The notes under the pieces: generated by a model | Seen by the model: only the letters and a program-made list of their open reading frames with translations | Told to the model about the DNA's origin: nothing | Databases searched by the model: none | Translations under genes and position numbers: made by a program | Shown: positions 5,062 to 14,344 of the stretch, piece after piece | How positions within the stretch are numbered: the stretch's first letter is position 1 | Layout of the letters: every line of letters starts with the position of its first letter | Origin: an uncultured archaeon | GTDB taxonomy: Archaea > Micrarchaeota > Micrarchaeia > CABMEP01 | Assembly (NCBI GenBank): GCA_902385155.1 | Contig: CABMEP010000035.1 | Span: 1 to 39,299, forward strand | DNA length: 39,299 nucleotides | Direction: 5' to 3'

Positions 5062-6882
5062 TCAGATGAGAGAATCGAGCTTTTCGGTTATCTTCGCCAT
5101 CTCGGAGACCACGAATCCGATCGTCTCCCCGCTTTTCACAAGGGCCACAAGCACGATGGTCCTTCCCCCGTAGATGATCGTGTCCCCGCTCGTGCTCTTC
5201 AGCATGACGAACCGGGTCTTTCCTCGCTCCAGCTCCATCGAAGCCATCTCGGCATTGGCGATAACCTTCGCGCTCACCGCGGCGATCATGTTCTGGTCCA
5301 CTTCCTTGGGCAGCATGGCTGCGATCAGGAGGCCGTCCTTCCTCATCGCCGCGACGCCCTCCATCTTCCCTGCCTGCATGAGCCCGTTGAGGAGCTGTAT
5401 CACTTCTTTCTTCTCCACGATCACGGTCTTTATCTTGACCAGCGCGCCGTTGTCTATCGTTATGGCCTCTCCGAGGTGCTCCGCCATGTATCTCGCAAGG
5501 GCCCATCTCCTCCAGCGCTGGGGTATCTTTACGAGCATTTCGGGCCCTACCCTGTCGTTCTCGAGCAGCATCTCGTCTATGGAATTCCGCCATACGGGCC
5601 AGTCAGTGAGCACTTCCTTCTTCCCGGCCAGGCTGTCTACCGCCGTCTGGATATCGGATATCGCTTTCGCTATCTGCGGCATGTACTGCTCCGCATTCTC
5701 GTCGTTCACGTCCTTGATGAGACGCTCGAGCCGCCTCCTTTCCACATCCGCGACGACCTCTTCCGTCTCGGTGTCGATCCCGGACTCGGACGAGGTCATG
5801 ATGCTGTTCTCCAATGAGTCTATCATTCCACTGATGTCCCTCAGCCTGGCTCTGGCGATGTCCAACGGGGTCATGAAGTACCTCTCTCCGAGGAGCATCC
5901 CCTTCACTACGTCGATCGCCGCGTAGTAGATGGATATCACACCTATCGCGATCACGAATGCGCCGATCGTCTTGGGGATGTTGGACCCGAGCCGCAACAG
6001 GGTCTCTAGATCCGCGGAACCCGGCGCCTCAGTAGTCAATAGCGCGATCGCGCTTCCGACCACCATCAGGCCCACGCCCGCAGCGATCCACACGTTGTTG
6101 TCCTTCCTCCCGTGGCCTAGGAAGTTGTACACTTCCGTGGTCAACGGTGTCTTCTTGACCAGGCTCACCACGTAGGCGGCGACCAACGACAGCAGCTCGA
6201 GATAAAGGAGAACAATCACGAACAGCAGCGCGCCGTAGATCCCGGACGCGATGTAGAAATTCATGTTCGTTTTCAGGAGCCCGTAGAAATTGCTTCCGAA
6301 CTGGGTGACGGTCACGAAGAATGGGACGGCGTTCGGGTCGATCACCTGGACCTCTATGTATGGCGATTGCGCGTACCTCTCCACCCAGGTCTTGTCTATC
6401 TCCTGGAATGCGACGGTGCTGTACTCGACGGTCTTTCCGACCTCCTCCCTTCCGCTGAACGTGAATTTCCACGATACCGTGATTGGCGGTTCCCTCCTAA
6501 GGAGCTCGCTGTATTTGGGCGTGAAATTGACCCGTTCCAGCGTAGTGGTCAGGGACGAAGGTATCACTTCTCGCACGGTGACATCCGTTATCTTGTCCGT
6601 CGCCTTGCTGAGGATGTTGAGCCTCACGATCACCGTGTTGCCCACATCCCTTTGGACGAGGAGCTCCCGCTTGATCGTTACCGGCCCCACGTCTTTCGAC
6701 GCGAATACGTATATCGCCTGGTCCGGGACGCCGTCGCCGTTCACATCGACAAGCCGTTCGGTCTCTATCGTCTCCTTCTCTGATGGATAGACGTTCTTCT
6801 GGACGCAACCGGACAGAACGACCGCGGCTATCGCGACGACGAGAAACAGAATCAACATTCGCGATGGATTCCCCGAACTCAT
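5062..6882 (-). CDS. Multi-domain membrane (lipo)protein with C-terminal Roadblock/LC7 domain
   Basis: Signal peptide with LSGC lipobox, DVNGDGVPD Ca-loop, beta-rich ectodomain, ~3-4 TM helices, helical linker. C-terminal GVAAMRKDGLLIAA...MIAAVSA Roadblock pattern. Confidence 0.75.
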   Translation of the reverse strand: MSSGNPSRMLILFLVVAIAAVVLSGCVQKNVYPSEKETIETERLVDVNGDGVPDQAIYVFASKDVGPVTIKRELLVQRDVGNTVIVRLNILSKATDKITDVTVREVIPSSLTTTLERVNFTPKYSELLRREPPITVSWKFTFSGREEVGKTVEYSTVAFQEIDKTWVERYAQSPYIEVQVIDPNAVPFFVTVTQFGSNFYGLLKTNMNFYIASGIYGALLFVIVLLYLELLSLVAAYVVSLVKKTPLTTEVYNFLGHGRKDNNVWIAAGVGLMVVGSAIALLTTEAPGSADLETLLRLGSNIPKTIGAFVIAIGVISIYYAAIDVVKGMLLGERYFMTPLDIARARLRDISGMIDSLENSIMTSSESGIDTETEEVVADVERRRLERLIKDVNDENAEQYMPQIAKAISDIQTAVDSLAGKKEVLTDWPVWRNSIDEMLLENDRVGPEMLVKIPQRWRRWALARYMAEHLGEAITIDNGALVKIKTVIVEKKEVIQLLNGLMQAGKMEGVAAMRKDGLLIAAMLPKEVDQNMIAAVSAKVIANAEMASMELERGKTRFVMLKSTSGDTIIYGGRTIVLVALVKSGETIGFVVSEMAKITEKLDSLI

Positions 6883-6988
6883 AGAGTGAATTTGTTTAAG
6901 TATTTAAAAAGGATTACTCTCTAGACAGAACGCGCGCGTCCTCTGTCCGCAAAGGAAATCTTGATAAATCCGGGGGAGATTGGAGAGC

Positions 6989-8275
6989 ATGGCCCCGATT
7001 GAAGTGAACTCCGATCTGCACCTGCACGGCCAATTCTCCGGAGCCGTCTCCGCTGACATGGTCCCGTCGAGGATAGGGGAGCAGGCGATCCTCAAGGGAC
7101 TGCATCTTGTCGGGACGGCGGACATACTGAATGACCGCTGGCTCCGGATGGTAAAAGACCAGCTGTCGCAAGAGGCGGGCAACGAAGGGGTGTTCATCCA
7201 CAAGAACGGGACGAGATTCATACTGCAGACTGAGATAGAGGACGCGATGAGGGTGCACCATATACTGCTATTCCCTTCCTTGAGCAAGGTGCAGGAAGTC
7301 AGGGAGCGTTTCTCGAGCAAGTGCAAGGATCTCGACACGGAAGGCAGGCCGAAGATACACCTGAACTCTGCAGAGATCGCGGACATCGCATTGGCCGCGG
7401 ACTGCCTTGTCGGCCCGTCCCATGCGTTCACGCCATGGACCGCGATGTACAAGGAGTACAATTCCTTGGAGAAATGCTACGGATCGAACGCAAGCAGGAT
7501 CGCATTCATAGAACTCGGACTGTCCGCGGACACCGACATGGCCGACAGGGTCTCGGAGCTGGGCCGCGTGACATTCCTCAGCAACAGCGACGCGCACAGT
7601 CCCTGGCCGAACAAGATGGGGCGGGAATTCACCACGCTCTCCATGGAAGGGATATCGTTTTCGGAAATGTCGAAAGCGATCAAGCGCGAAGGCGGACGAA
7701 GGCCTATCCTCAATGTCAAGCTCAGTCCGAAGGAAGGGAAGTACCACCGCACCCGCTGCATGGGGTGCCTGACGTTCTTCACCCATGGCGATGCGATGAG
7801 GCTGAGGTGGAGATGCCCGGCCTGCGGCAAGCCGATAAAGAAAGGCGTGCTCGAGCGGATCGACGAGCTCGCCAGCAGCAAGGAGCCAGTCCATCCCGAC
7901 CACAGGCCGCCTTGCGTCCACATCATCCCGCTGTCGGAGATCATCGGGCTTTCCCTCGGGGTGAAGAACGTCTATTCCGCGAAAGTGCAGGAGATGTGGC
8001 GGCTATTCATCAACAAGTTCAGGAACGAGATCTCGGTTCTCACCACGGCGCCGATCTCCGAGCTCGAGTCGGTGGACAAGAGGACAGCGGAGATGATCCG
8101 GCTCTTCCGCGAAGACAAATTCAGTTACATCCCCGGTGGCGCGGGGGAGTACGGGGTGCCGGTCCCGCCCGGAAAGGACGCCAAGATGAAAGTGTGGGAC
8201 GGCGCCAAAGTGGTCACTAAAGACATCAACGCCACGGTGGATTCGAAACAGCGGTCGCTATCCGAATTCCTATGA
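6989..8275 (+). CDS. endoQ: Endonuclease Q family (PHP domain, TIGR00375-like) DNA repair endonuclease
   Basis: DLHLHG, GTAD, HAFTPW, ELGLSAD, SNSDAHS, GKYH, CxxC...CPxC zinc ribbon, GGAGEYG, C-terminal PIP-box-like QRSLSEFL. Confidence 0.9.
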   Translation: MAPIEVNSDLHLHGQFSGAVSADMVPSRIGEQAILKGLHLVGTADILNDRWLRMVKDQLSQEAGNEGVFIHKNGTRFILQTEIEDAMRVHHILLFPSLSKVQEVRERFSSKCKDLDTEGRPKIHLNSAEIADIALAADCLVGPSHAFTPWTAMYKEYNSLEKCYGSNASRIAFIELGLSADTDMADRVSELGRVTFLSNSDAHSPWPNKMGREFTTLSMEGISFSEMSKAIKREGGRRPILNVKLSPKEGKYHRTRCMGCLTFFTHGDAMRLRWRCPACGKPIKKGVLERIDELASSKEPVHPDHRPPCVHIIPLSEIIGLSLGVKNVYSAKVQEMWRLFINKFRNEISVLTTAPISELESVDKRTAEMIRLFREDKFSYIPGGAGEYGVPVPPGKDAKMKVWDGAKVVTKDINATVDSKQRSLSEFL

Positions 8276-8299
8276 AAAAGGAAAATTAGTTGAAAAAAA

Positions 8300-8554
8300 T
8301 CAACCGAAGTTCTTCTTGTCAACGATAACGTAGTCGGACGCGGCGAGGATCGCTGTGTATGGAACATACACGAAGCCTTCCTCCTTCCTCATCTTCCTGA
8401 CGGACAGATTGTCGGGGTTAGGTTCAACCACAAGCGTCTCCAGCCTGCCATTCTTTTCGTTGATCACTATGTCAACGAGTCTTCCAACTTCCTCTCCGTC
8501 GTTCGTTATCAGTTTTCTGCCTGCCAATTGTCGCGCTAACAGGAGTTTAACCAT
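8300..8554 (-). CDS. PRC-barrel domain protein (CdpB-like)
   Basis: LAGRKLITNDGEEVGRLVDIVINEKNGRLETLVV...VPYTAILAASDYVIV is a PRC-barrel signature. Confidence 0.85.
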   Translation of the reverse strand: MVKLLLARQLAGRKLITNDGEEVGRLVDIVINEKNGRLETLVVEPNPDNLSVRKMRKEEGFVYVPYTAILAASDYVIVDKKNFG

Positions 8555-8670
8555 ACATCCACCTTCTGTATCGGTTTTAGAATGTAACTTTAAAAAGGTA
8601 TCTTAAAACCGAGGGGCGACGGGAGAACGTCGCAGAGTCGTATTTTAAAGCCGCCGCACATAATATCCGC

Positions 8671-8772
8671 GTGGGGATGGCAGAGCCTGGTCAAATGCGC
8701 GGGACTTAAGACCTGCACGGGAGGACATCCCGTGCCCTAGCGGCTTCGTGGGTTCAAATCCCACTCCCCACA
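8671..8772 (+). tRNA. tRNA-Leu(TAA) with 16-nt canonical intron (8711-8726)
   Basis: Acceptor GTGGGGA/TCCCCAC, anticodon stem CGGGA/TCCCG, long variable arm, T-arm GTGGG-TTCAAAT-CCCAC. TTTTAAA TATA upstream. Confidence 0.9.
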
Positions 8773-8879
8773 TTCCCTTGTTTTTGCGTACAACCAATCC
8801 GACGTTAGATCCAGCAGTATCGATGTCTATCTTTCGGCGTCGGGCATATCTTTAAAAGGTAAGAAACCCTTGAAACAGC

Positions 8880-11800
8880 ATGCCTCGTTCTAGGGGAGTC
8901 AGAGGCCGCATATTTTCGGTTCCTGCGGCGTTCATTGTCATCTTTCTTATATCATTTGCACCATCAGCATGGGCGGACTGCAGGCCGAGCTACAGCGATT
9001 CGATCGCATCCGCGCAGGACATTCCTGGCGGATTCCAATCAATCACATGCAGTGTCGTTCTGCCGGCGAAATATGTGATCAGCGGCTGCCTGGGGCTTGT
9101 CGGCGACACCTGCCTTGAAAGCGTGGTCCCAGACGTCACATCCCTGAATGCGACACTCACAGCAGAGGAGGCGGCGAACTTCTCTAAGGCGGTCAATGAC
9201 CTGAACCGTTCCGCGGATTATATCATACGTGCTCAGAATAAGAGGAATGAGATAATCTACGATGGGATCGTAGCGATACATGGCCGCAGTTGCACGGCGA
9301 CAACCTCTTTCATACTGGGCTTTGAGCAAATAATTGGGAACCCACTCGACAGTTTCATCGGAAGAGATGACAGCACAAGCAATCTCTCTTTGTCTTTGTT
9401 CACGCAGCCCCAGGGATTGGATCAGGCGATAATGGATTGCGTCCTCTCGGGGGTGGCTGCAGACGGGACCGCCGGGGAGATCATCGCCAACGAGCGCAGC
9501 GCGCTCGAGGCGGCGAGCATGGGCCTGAACTCCGCGATGGACGTCCTGCAGAATGAGGCAGATGCGCTCTATTGCGAGGGCGGCGGGTACGGGGATCACA
9601 GCCTCGCCGCAGCAGTCATGTACGACAAGGTCAGGAACTTCATAAACATGTCGAACACCCAGACGACAGACGGTTCCGCGGATTTCGGCATGCGATGGGC
9701 GTCACTCTGCGGCAACATACAATTCCTTAAGAGCGGGTACGGCTCCTCTGGCGTGACTGACTGCAGGACCGCCAGGATACTTAACTCTGCTATCAGCGCG
9801 AACAGCATATTCCCCCTGCTTGTCGACATGTACCGCGAGGTCAGGGACGCAAGAATCCAGTTGAAGGCGGATCTGGCGTCTGCCAACCGCTCCGCGTTAG
9901 AGCAGTTCCAGTACGCGATGCAGGCCAGGAAACGGATGCAGGAGAACCAGTACAATCTGATCAACGCAGACGTGGTCAGCTATTTCACCAACGTGTCGAA
10001 TGATCCGTCCGCAGTCATTCCTTCAGAATCATTCCGTTCCATGGATAATAGTCTCAACAGCACGGGGACATCTCCCGGCGCGAACACCCTCCTCGCAGAG
10101 GCGAACAAGACGCTGCTGCTGAAAGAGCAGTTCTATTACGCCATCGCGATCGAGAAGCTGAATAGAGCGGAACGGCTGTCGACAGAGTCGATTGGAGTGG
10201 CCAACCGTACGGAATCATTCGTATCCTCTCTCCTCGAAAACGCAGAGCGGATAACCGCGGCGAAGAGGGCATCCGCGGAATCCGCGATCGCGAGCTTCAC
10301 CGCGAGAGGCGGCGTCGAGTCCATCCAGCAGCAGCTCGCGGTAAGGAGATTCAACGATACAGAGAAGGAATACCTGAAGGATGAAGGCAGGGCGGGCGTC
10401 CGCCTCAGGACCCTGATGAACGCGTCGATGCGCTATGACGAGGCCGCGGACCTGGTGTCCGCGAAAGGCATAATGATCGCTTCGAGCATCGGCAGCCTGG
10501 GCCAATCCATACAGCTCCTGAATTCCGTGATCAGCCTGGCGAAATCGGACGGAGTCAACGTCTACGACGCCGAGCAGCTCGTGAAGGACAAGTCGTTGCT
10601 GGTCCAGTACGCGAATACCACCGCAGTGGAGGCGGATTCCGCGAAGGCGGAGATAGACGCGATGGCCGCCACGCTCTATGTCCGGGCCCCCCAGCAGTAT
10701 TCGGACCTGTCCGCCAAGAGGAGAGTGGCGCTCCAGACGCTCGACGCGCTCGGCGAGGCCCCCGGCGCTCCGGACATGACTCAGATACGGTCCAACGTGA
10801 GCTATCTGGAGGGGTTCGTCTATTCGAACGGGTCATTCATTCCGGATAATATGCTCGGGCACTACAAGGCCGCGCGGGCGACATATGACAACATCATCAC
10901 GGAGCTGTCGAAGCGCGTATCCGAGGTGCTGAAGAGCTACCTGCCAAAGAAGGCGAAAGTCATAAAGACGTACCAGACCGTTCCCGTTGTCGATTCCGCC
11001 GGGGCCGTCACCACGTCGATAGACATCGTGAACGATCTTCCCGTCAATTCGAGCTCTCCTGTCACGGTGAGCATACAGAACGTCCCGGTCAACGTGAACA
11101 GCAACTTCACGTTCGGGCAGGACGGAGTCAGGGCCGCCGCATCAGGCACAGGCGTCGACATCTACCTCTCGGGAGTCAACGAGATGTCCACGTATTCGAT
11201 ACAGGTAGTCACCCCGTACAGGGTGGCGGAGCTCCAGAAGAAGTCGGTGAGCAGGGTGTCCTTGACGCAGTACGAGCTCATCGAGAAGACCGATTATACG
11301 ATAAGGGTGAAGGACGACCTCGATTCACTCACGCTGAACGACGCCACGAGCGCCGACGACTGCACCGCGTACGTCAACGGCAAGGAGCACTCTCTCCTGT
11401 TTGTCGGGGGCAACTTCAGCGCCCGGTTCTCTCCGGTCTATGCGGGCACGGTACAGGCGAGCGTCGTATGCACGACATTCAACCCGATGGAAGTGATAGA
11501 ATCCAATTCGACGGGCACGGACAACAATCTCGACTACCTTTTGAGCGTGAGGAGCACGAAGTCCAGCCTGGAGAACGTCGGCATGACGCTGACATTGAAG
11601 GCGAACCCGAACCTGATCATTCCGACCTCCATCCGGGTATCGGACGGGTCGGACGCGGCGCCGAAGGACTTCTCATATGCGCTCGTTGGCGGCAACTACG
11701 TGGCCAAATGGACGATACCCATCCTCTCGCAGTCGTTCCAGGTGTACAGGGTGTTCTACACCACCACGGACATCGACCAGTACTACAATGAGCTGAAATC

Positions 11801-13121
11801 GCTGGTCAGCTCCGCTTCCGCGGCGGAGAAAGTCGACGTCTCCGCGTACGTCCGCGACGCGGAGTACAGGGTCGGCGTGGGCCACTACGCCGACGCGACC
11901 GAATCGCTGCGCCGCGCCCAGAGGATCATAGACCAGGGCAGGAACGACAGGCTGCAGAGGGAGGCAGTGGCGAACCGCCTGTCCACGGTCTCGGACAAGC
12001 TGTCCGCGGTAAGGAACGCGTCGTCCGGGATACTGTCCCTCGCTTCCTCGTTGAGCATGCCGGACACCATATTCGAGCTGAACAAGCAGCTGGCGGAATT
12101 CGACTCCAAGAAGACGCAGGCGGACCTCTACCTTTCCATGAATGACACAGGCGCCGCGCTGTCCGCGGTCAAGGAGCTGGAGAAGATGTCGGAGTCCACG
12201 AGCCTGGACAAGACATTCTACTCGAAGCAGGAATCGCTGTTCAAGTCATTGAGCAAGCAGAAGTCGACATCGTTCGCGCTGGGCGCGTTCGGCGACACGA
12301 CAGACCTCATCAACACGATCGAGGCAGCGGAGAACACGCTGAAATCTGTGAGCGTGGACATCGCCTCCGGCGCGTATTCCTCCGCGATCGCCACGATGTC
12401 GAACGTCTCCAGCGGGGTGTCCTCCATGGACAAGACGCTGTCGAACAGGACGGGATCCATGGCATCCGAGGCGTCAGCGATCCTTGCGGAAGCGAAGTCG
12501 GCGGTCGGCGGATGGAAACTGCTGAAGGACGGGGTGGCGAACGCGCTGAAGGTCAATTCGGACAATCCAGGGACGAGGGTGGACACCACGTCATTGGCGT
12601 CCTCCGTCAGCGATACGGACAAGAAGGCGACCGAGCTGTCGGCGCTCTACGACAAGCTGAAACAGTACGGCGCCAACGACATACTCCTCAACATCGCCGA
12701 GTTCAGGCAGCTGAAATCGAAATCATCGGACGTCTCCGACGGCGCGGCCTATCTCGAGGGCATAAAGGACGACTATAAGGCGGTCGCTCAGGAATCGCTT
12801 AACGATACTCGCACGTTCATCGAGCAGCGCCTGGCGAACGCGAGCTCCAATGACGAGAAGCAGGTCCTCACGTCGATGCAGCCCCTCCTGATCGCGGCGA
12901 AGGACTCATACGATTCCGGCCTTTACCTCAATTCCATGATCCTCACAGATCACATAAGGAACAGGATAGCGGGCTTTGTTGCGACACCGCAACCGATCGT
13001 CGACCCATTGGTGATATACGTCGTGATAGTCGTCGTGGCATCCGTCGCCGTAGTGGTGCTGTTGTTCAGAAAAGAAGAGCCAAAGAGCCCAAGGCTGATT
13101 GAGAGGTTCAAGCTGGATTGA
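8880..13121 (+). CDS. Large cell-surface protein (1413 aa), signal peptide and C-terminal TM anchor
   Basis: N-terminal hydrophobic signal (…PSAWA|D), helical - beta-rich - helical architecture, many N-x-S/T sequons, C-terminal VIYVVIVVVASVAVVVLLF followed by RK. Confidence 0.85.
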   Translation: MPRSRGVRGRIFSVPAAFIVIFLISFAPSAWADCRPSYSDSIASAQDIPGGFQSITCSVVLPAKYVISGCLGLVGDTCLESVVPDVTSLNATLTAEEAANFSKAVNDLNRSADYIIRAQNKRNEIIYDGIVAIHGRSCTATTSFILGFEQIIGNPLDSFIGRDDSTSNLSLSLFTQPQGLDQAIMDCVLSGVAADGTAGEIIANERSALEAASMGLNSAMDVLQNEADALYCEGGGYGDHSLAAAVMYDKVRNFINMSNTQTTDGSADFGMRWASLCGNIQFLKSGYGSSGVTDCRTARILNSAISANSIFPLLVDMYREVRDARIQLKADLASANRSALEQFQYAMQARKRMQENQYNLINADVVSYFTNVSNDPSAVIPSESFRSMDNSLNSTGTSPGANTLLAEANKTLLLKEQFYYAIAIEKLNRAERLSTESIGVANRTESFVSSLLENAERITAAKRASAESAIASFTARGGVESIQQQLAVRRFNDTEKEYLKDEGRAGVRLRTLMNASMRYDEAADLVSAKGIMIASSIGSLGQSIQLLNSVISLAKSDGVNVYDAEQLVKDKSLLVQYANTTAVEADSAKAEIDAMAATLYVRAPQQYSDLSAKRRVALQTLDALGEAPGAPDMTQIRSNVSYLEGFVYSNGSFIPDNMLGHYKAARATYDNIITELSKRVSEVLKSYLPKKAKVIKTYQTVPVVDSAGAVTTSIDIVNDLPVNSSSPVTVSIQNVPVNVNSNFTFGQDGVRAAASGTGVDIYLSGVNEMSTYSIQVVTPYRVAELQKKSVSRVSLTQYELIEKTDYTIRVKDDLDSLTLNDATSADDCTAYVNGKEHSLLFVGGNFSARFSPVYAGTVQASVVCTTFNPMEVIESNSTGTDNNLDYLLSVRSTKSSLENVGMTLTLKANPNLIIPTSIRVSDGSDAAPKDFSYALVGGNYVAKWTIPILSQSFQVYRVFYTTTDIDQYYNELKSLVSSASAAEKVDVSAYVRDAEYRVGVGHYADATESLRRAQRIIDQGRNDRLQREAVANRLSTVSDKLSAVRNASSGILSLASSLSMPDTIFELNKQLAEFDSKKTQADLYLSMNDTGAALSAVKELEKMSESTSLDKTFYSKQESLFKSLSKQKSTSFALGAFGDTTDLINTIEAAENTLKSVSVDIASGAYSSAIATMSNVSSGVSSMDKTLSNRTGSMASEASAILAEAKSAVGGWKLLKDGVANALKVNSDNPGTRVDTTSLASSVSDTDKKATELSALYDKLKQYGANDILLNIAEFRQLKSKSSDVSDGAAYLEGIKDDYKAVAQESLNDTRTFIEQRLANASSNDEKQVLTSMQPLLIAAKDSYDSGLYLNSMILTDHIRNRIAGFVATPQPIVDPLVIYVVIVVVASVAVVVLLFRKEEPKSPRLIERFKLD

Positions 13122-13139
13122 TCGGGTCGGAGGGAAGGA

Positions 13140-13253
13140 TCACTCTTCTATGTCGCCTTCGTCTTCCTCTTCGTCCTCCCATTCCTCGCCCTCTTCCTCT
13201 TCGAGGTCGTCTTCCTCATCCTCATCTATTACGTTCTCGTCGCCTGCTGGCAT
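13140..13253 (-). CDS. Hyperacidic 37-aa small protein
   Basis: MPAGDENVIDEDEEDDLEEEEGEEWEDEEEDEGDIEE*. GGTGA SD 7 nt upstream and TTTAAAAA TATA at ~13289-13296. Below the ORF-track cutoff. Confidence 0.7.
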   Translation of the reverse strand: MPAGDENVIDEDEEDDLEEEEGEEWEDEEEDEGDIEE

Positions 13254-13335
13254 AGGATTTTCACCTTGCCCAATAAGCACAGTAAATATTTTTAAACCCT
13301 CATCAGGCGGCGTTTCCAGCCGCCAACGTCTGATT

Positions 13336-13848
13336 TCAGGGCACGATGCGGCTGAGCTTGATGTAGGTGACGTCGCCTTCGGTGTCCACGATCGCCCATA
13401 TCATCTTCTTCTTCACGGAGTGGGATATCCTGATCGCGCCCGCGATCTCGTAGACCGACGTCTTCATCTCTTCCGGCACCGGCTGGACGAGCAGTTCGGA
13501 ATGCCCCTCTCCGACGCGTATGCCCTTGTCGTACACGCGGAAGTAGGTGCCGTACTTGAGCCCCGTCCTGACCACGTATCCCTTGGAGCGGAGGTCGCGG
13601 TAGACCGCGTATTTCATGTCCAGTTCCTTCTCCGCCTTCTTGAACGCCAAGAACAACGAGTCGAATGCCATCCGTTTCTTGCCGTCTAGGACCGATATCC
13701 GCTTCTTCTCCACGAGGTAGAGCGCCTCGACCGGAGCGAGCAGCAGCCGCTCTCCGACCTCCTCTCCGAATCCCCTTTCCTTCAGCATCTTCGCCGCAGC
13801 CGGCTCGTTCTCCATCACTTTATTACCTGTGAATATCGCCATGTCCAC
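13336..13848 (-). CDS. endA: tRNA splicing endonuclease, single-unit catalytic subunit
   Basis: EALYL, VYRDLRSKGYVVRTGLKYGTYFRVY, HS and SVKK motifs carry the Tyr/His/Lys triad. The start may be 13842. Confidence 0.93.
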   Translation of the reverse strand: MDMAIFTGNKVMENEPAAAKMLKERGFGEEVGERLLLAPVEALYLVEKKRISVLDGKKRMAFDSLFLAFKKAEKELDMKYAVYRDLRSKGYVVRTGLKYGTYFRVYDKGIRVGEGHSELLVQPVPEEMKTSVYEIAGAIRISHSVKKKMIWAIVDTEGDVTYIKLSRIVP

Positions 13849-13948
13849 CAGTGTCCGGCGGCCGATTTAAACCCTCGCTTTTCACGTCAGAGCGGACGTC
13901 GTAAAAAGGTTATTAAAGCCTATGAGAAAATAGGTGCAGGTGATCCTG

Positions 13949-14329
13949 ATGGCAGATGATTCTAACGAACCTATCAACGAGAACGGCGAGGCGGAGCTCT
14001 CGCCAGAGATGGACGAGAAATTGCCTTTCCCGACCGCGCGAGTTGTACGGCTGATGAAGGAAGGGATGACCAAGCCGCACCAGATCCGCGCTGAGGTCAA
14101 GGTGGCGGCGAACGAGTTCCTCGGCGAGATCATGAAGGACATCGCCCAGGAGATGGACAAGGAGGAGGTATTCACGCTCACGACGGAGCACTTCAACAAG
14201 GCGGTCAAGAAGTACAAGATGATCGCCTACCAGGCGAAGCGGATAGAGAAGATCAAGAAGCTTCTCGAGAAGCAGAAGACCGAGGTCGAGGAAGTGATCA
14301 TGGAGATCGACCTCACCCGCGAGCTCTGA
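13949..14329 (+). CDS. Histone-fold protein (HMf/NF-Y-like) with acidic N-tail and C-terminal coiled coil
   Basis: LPFPTARVVRLMK...IRAEVKVAANEFLGEIMKDIA...TLTTEHFNKA follows the histone-fold pattern. GGTGA SD before ATG 13949. Confidence 0.75.
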   Translation: MADDSNEPINENGEAELSPEMDEKLPFPTARVVRLMKEGMTKPHQIRAEVKVAANEFLGEIMKDIAQEMDKEEVFTLTTEHFNKAVKKYKMIAYQAKRIEKIKKLLEKQKTEVEEVIMEIDLTREL

Positions 14330-14344
14330 TCCAACGGTGCGCAG

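Noticed and set aside
13099-13689. Ser-rich plus-strand ORF
   Set aside because: It is the antisense shadow of the acidic peptide and endA. The SD and TATA signals support the minus strand.
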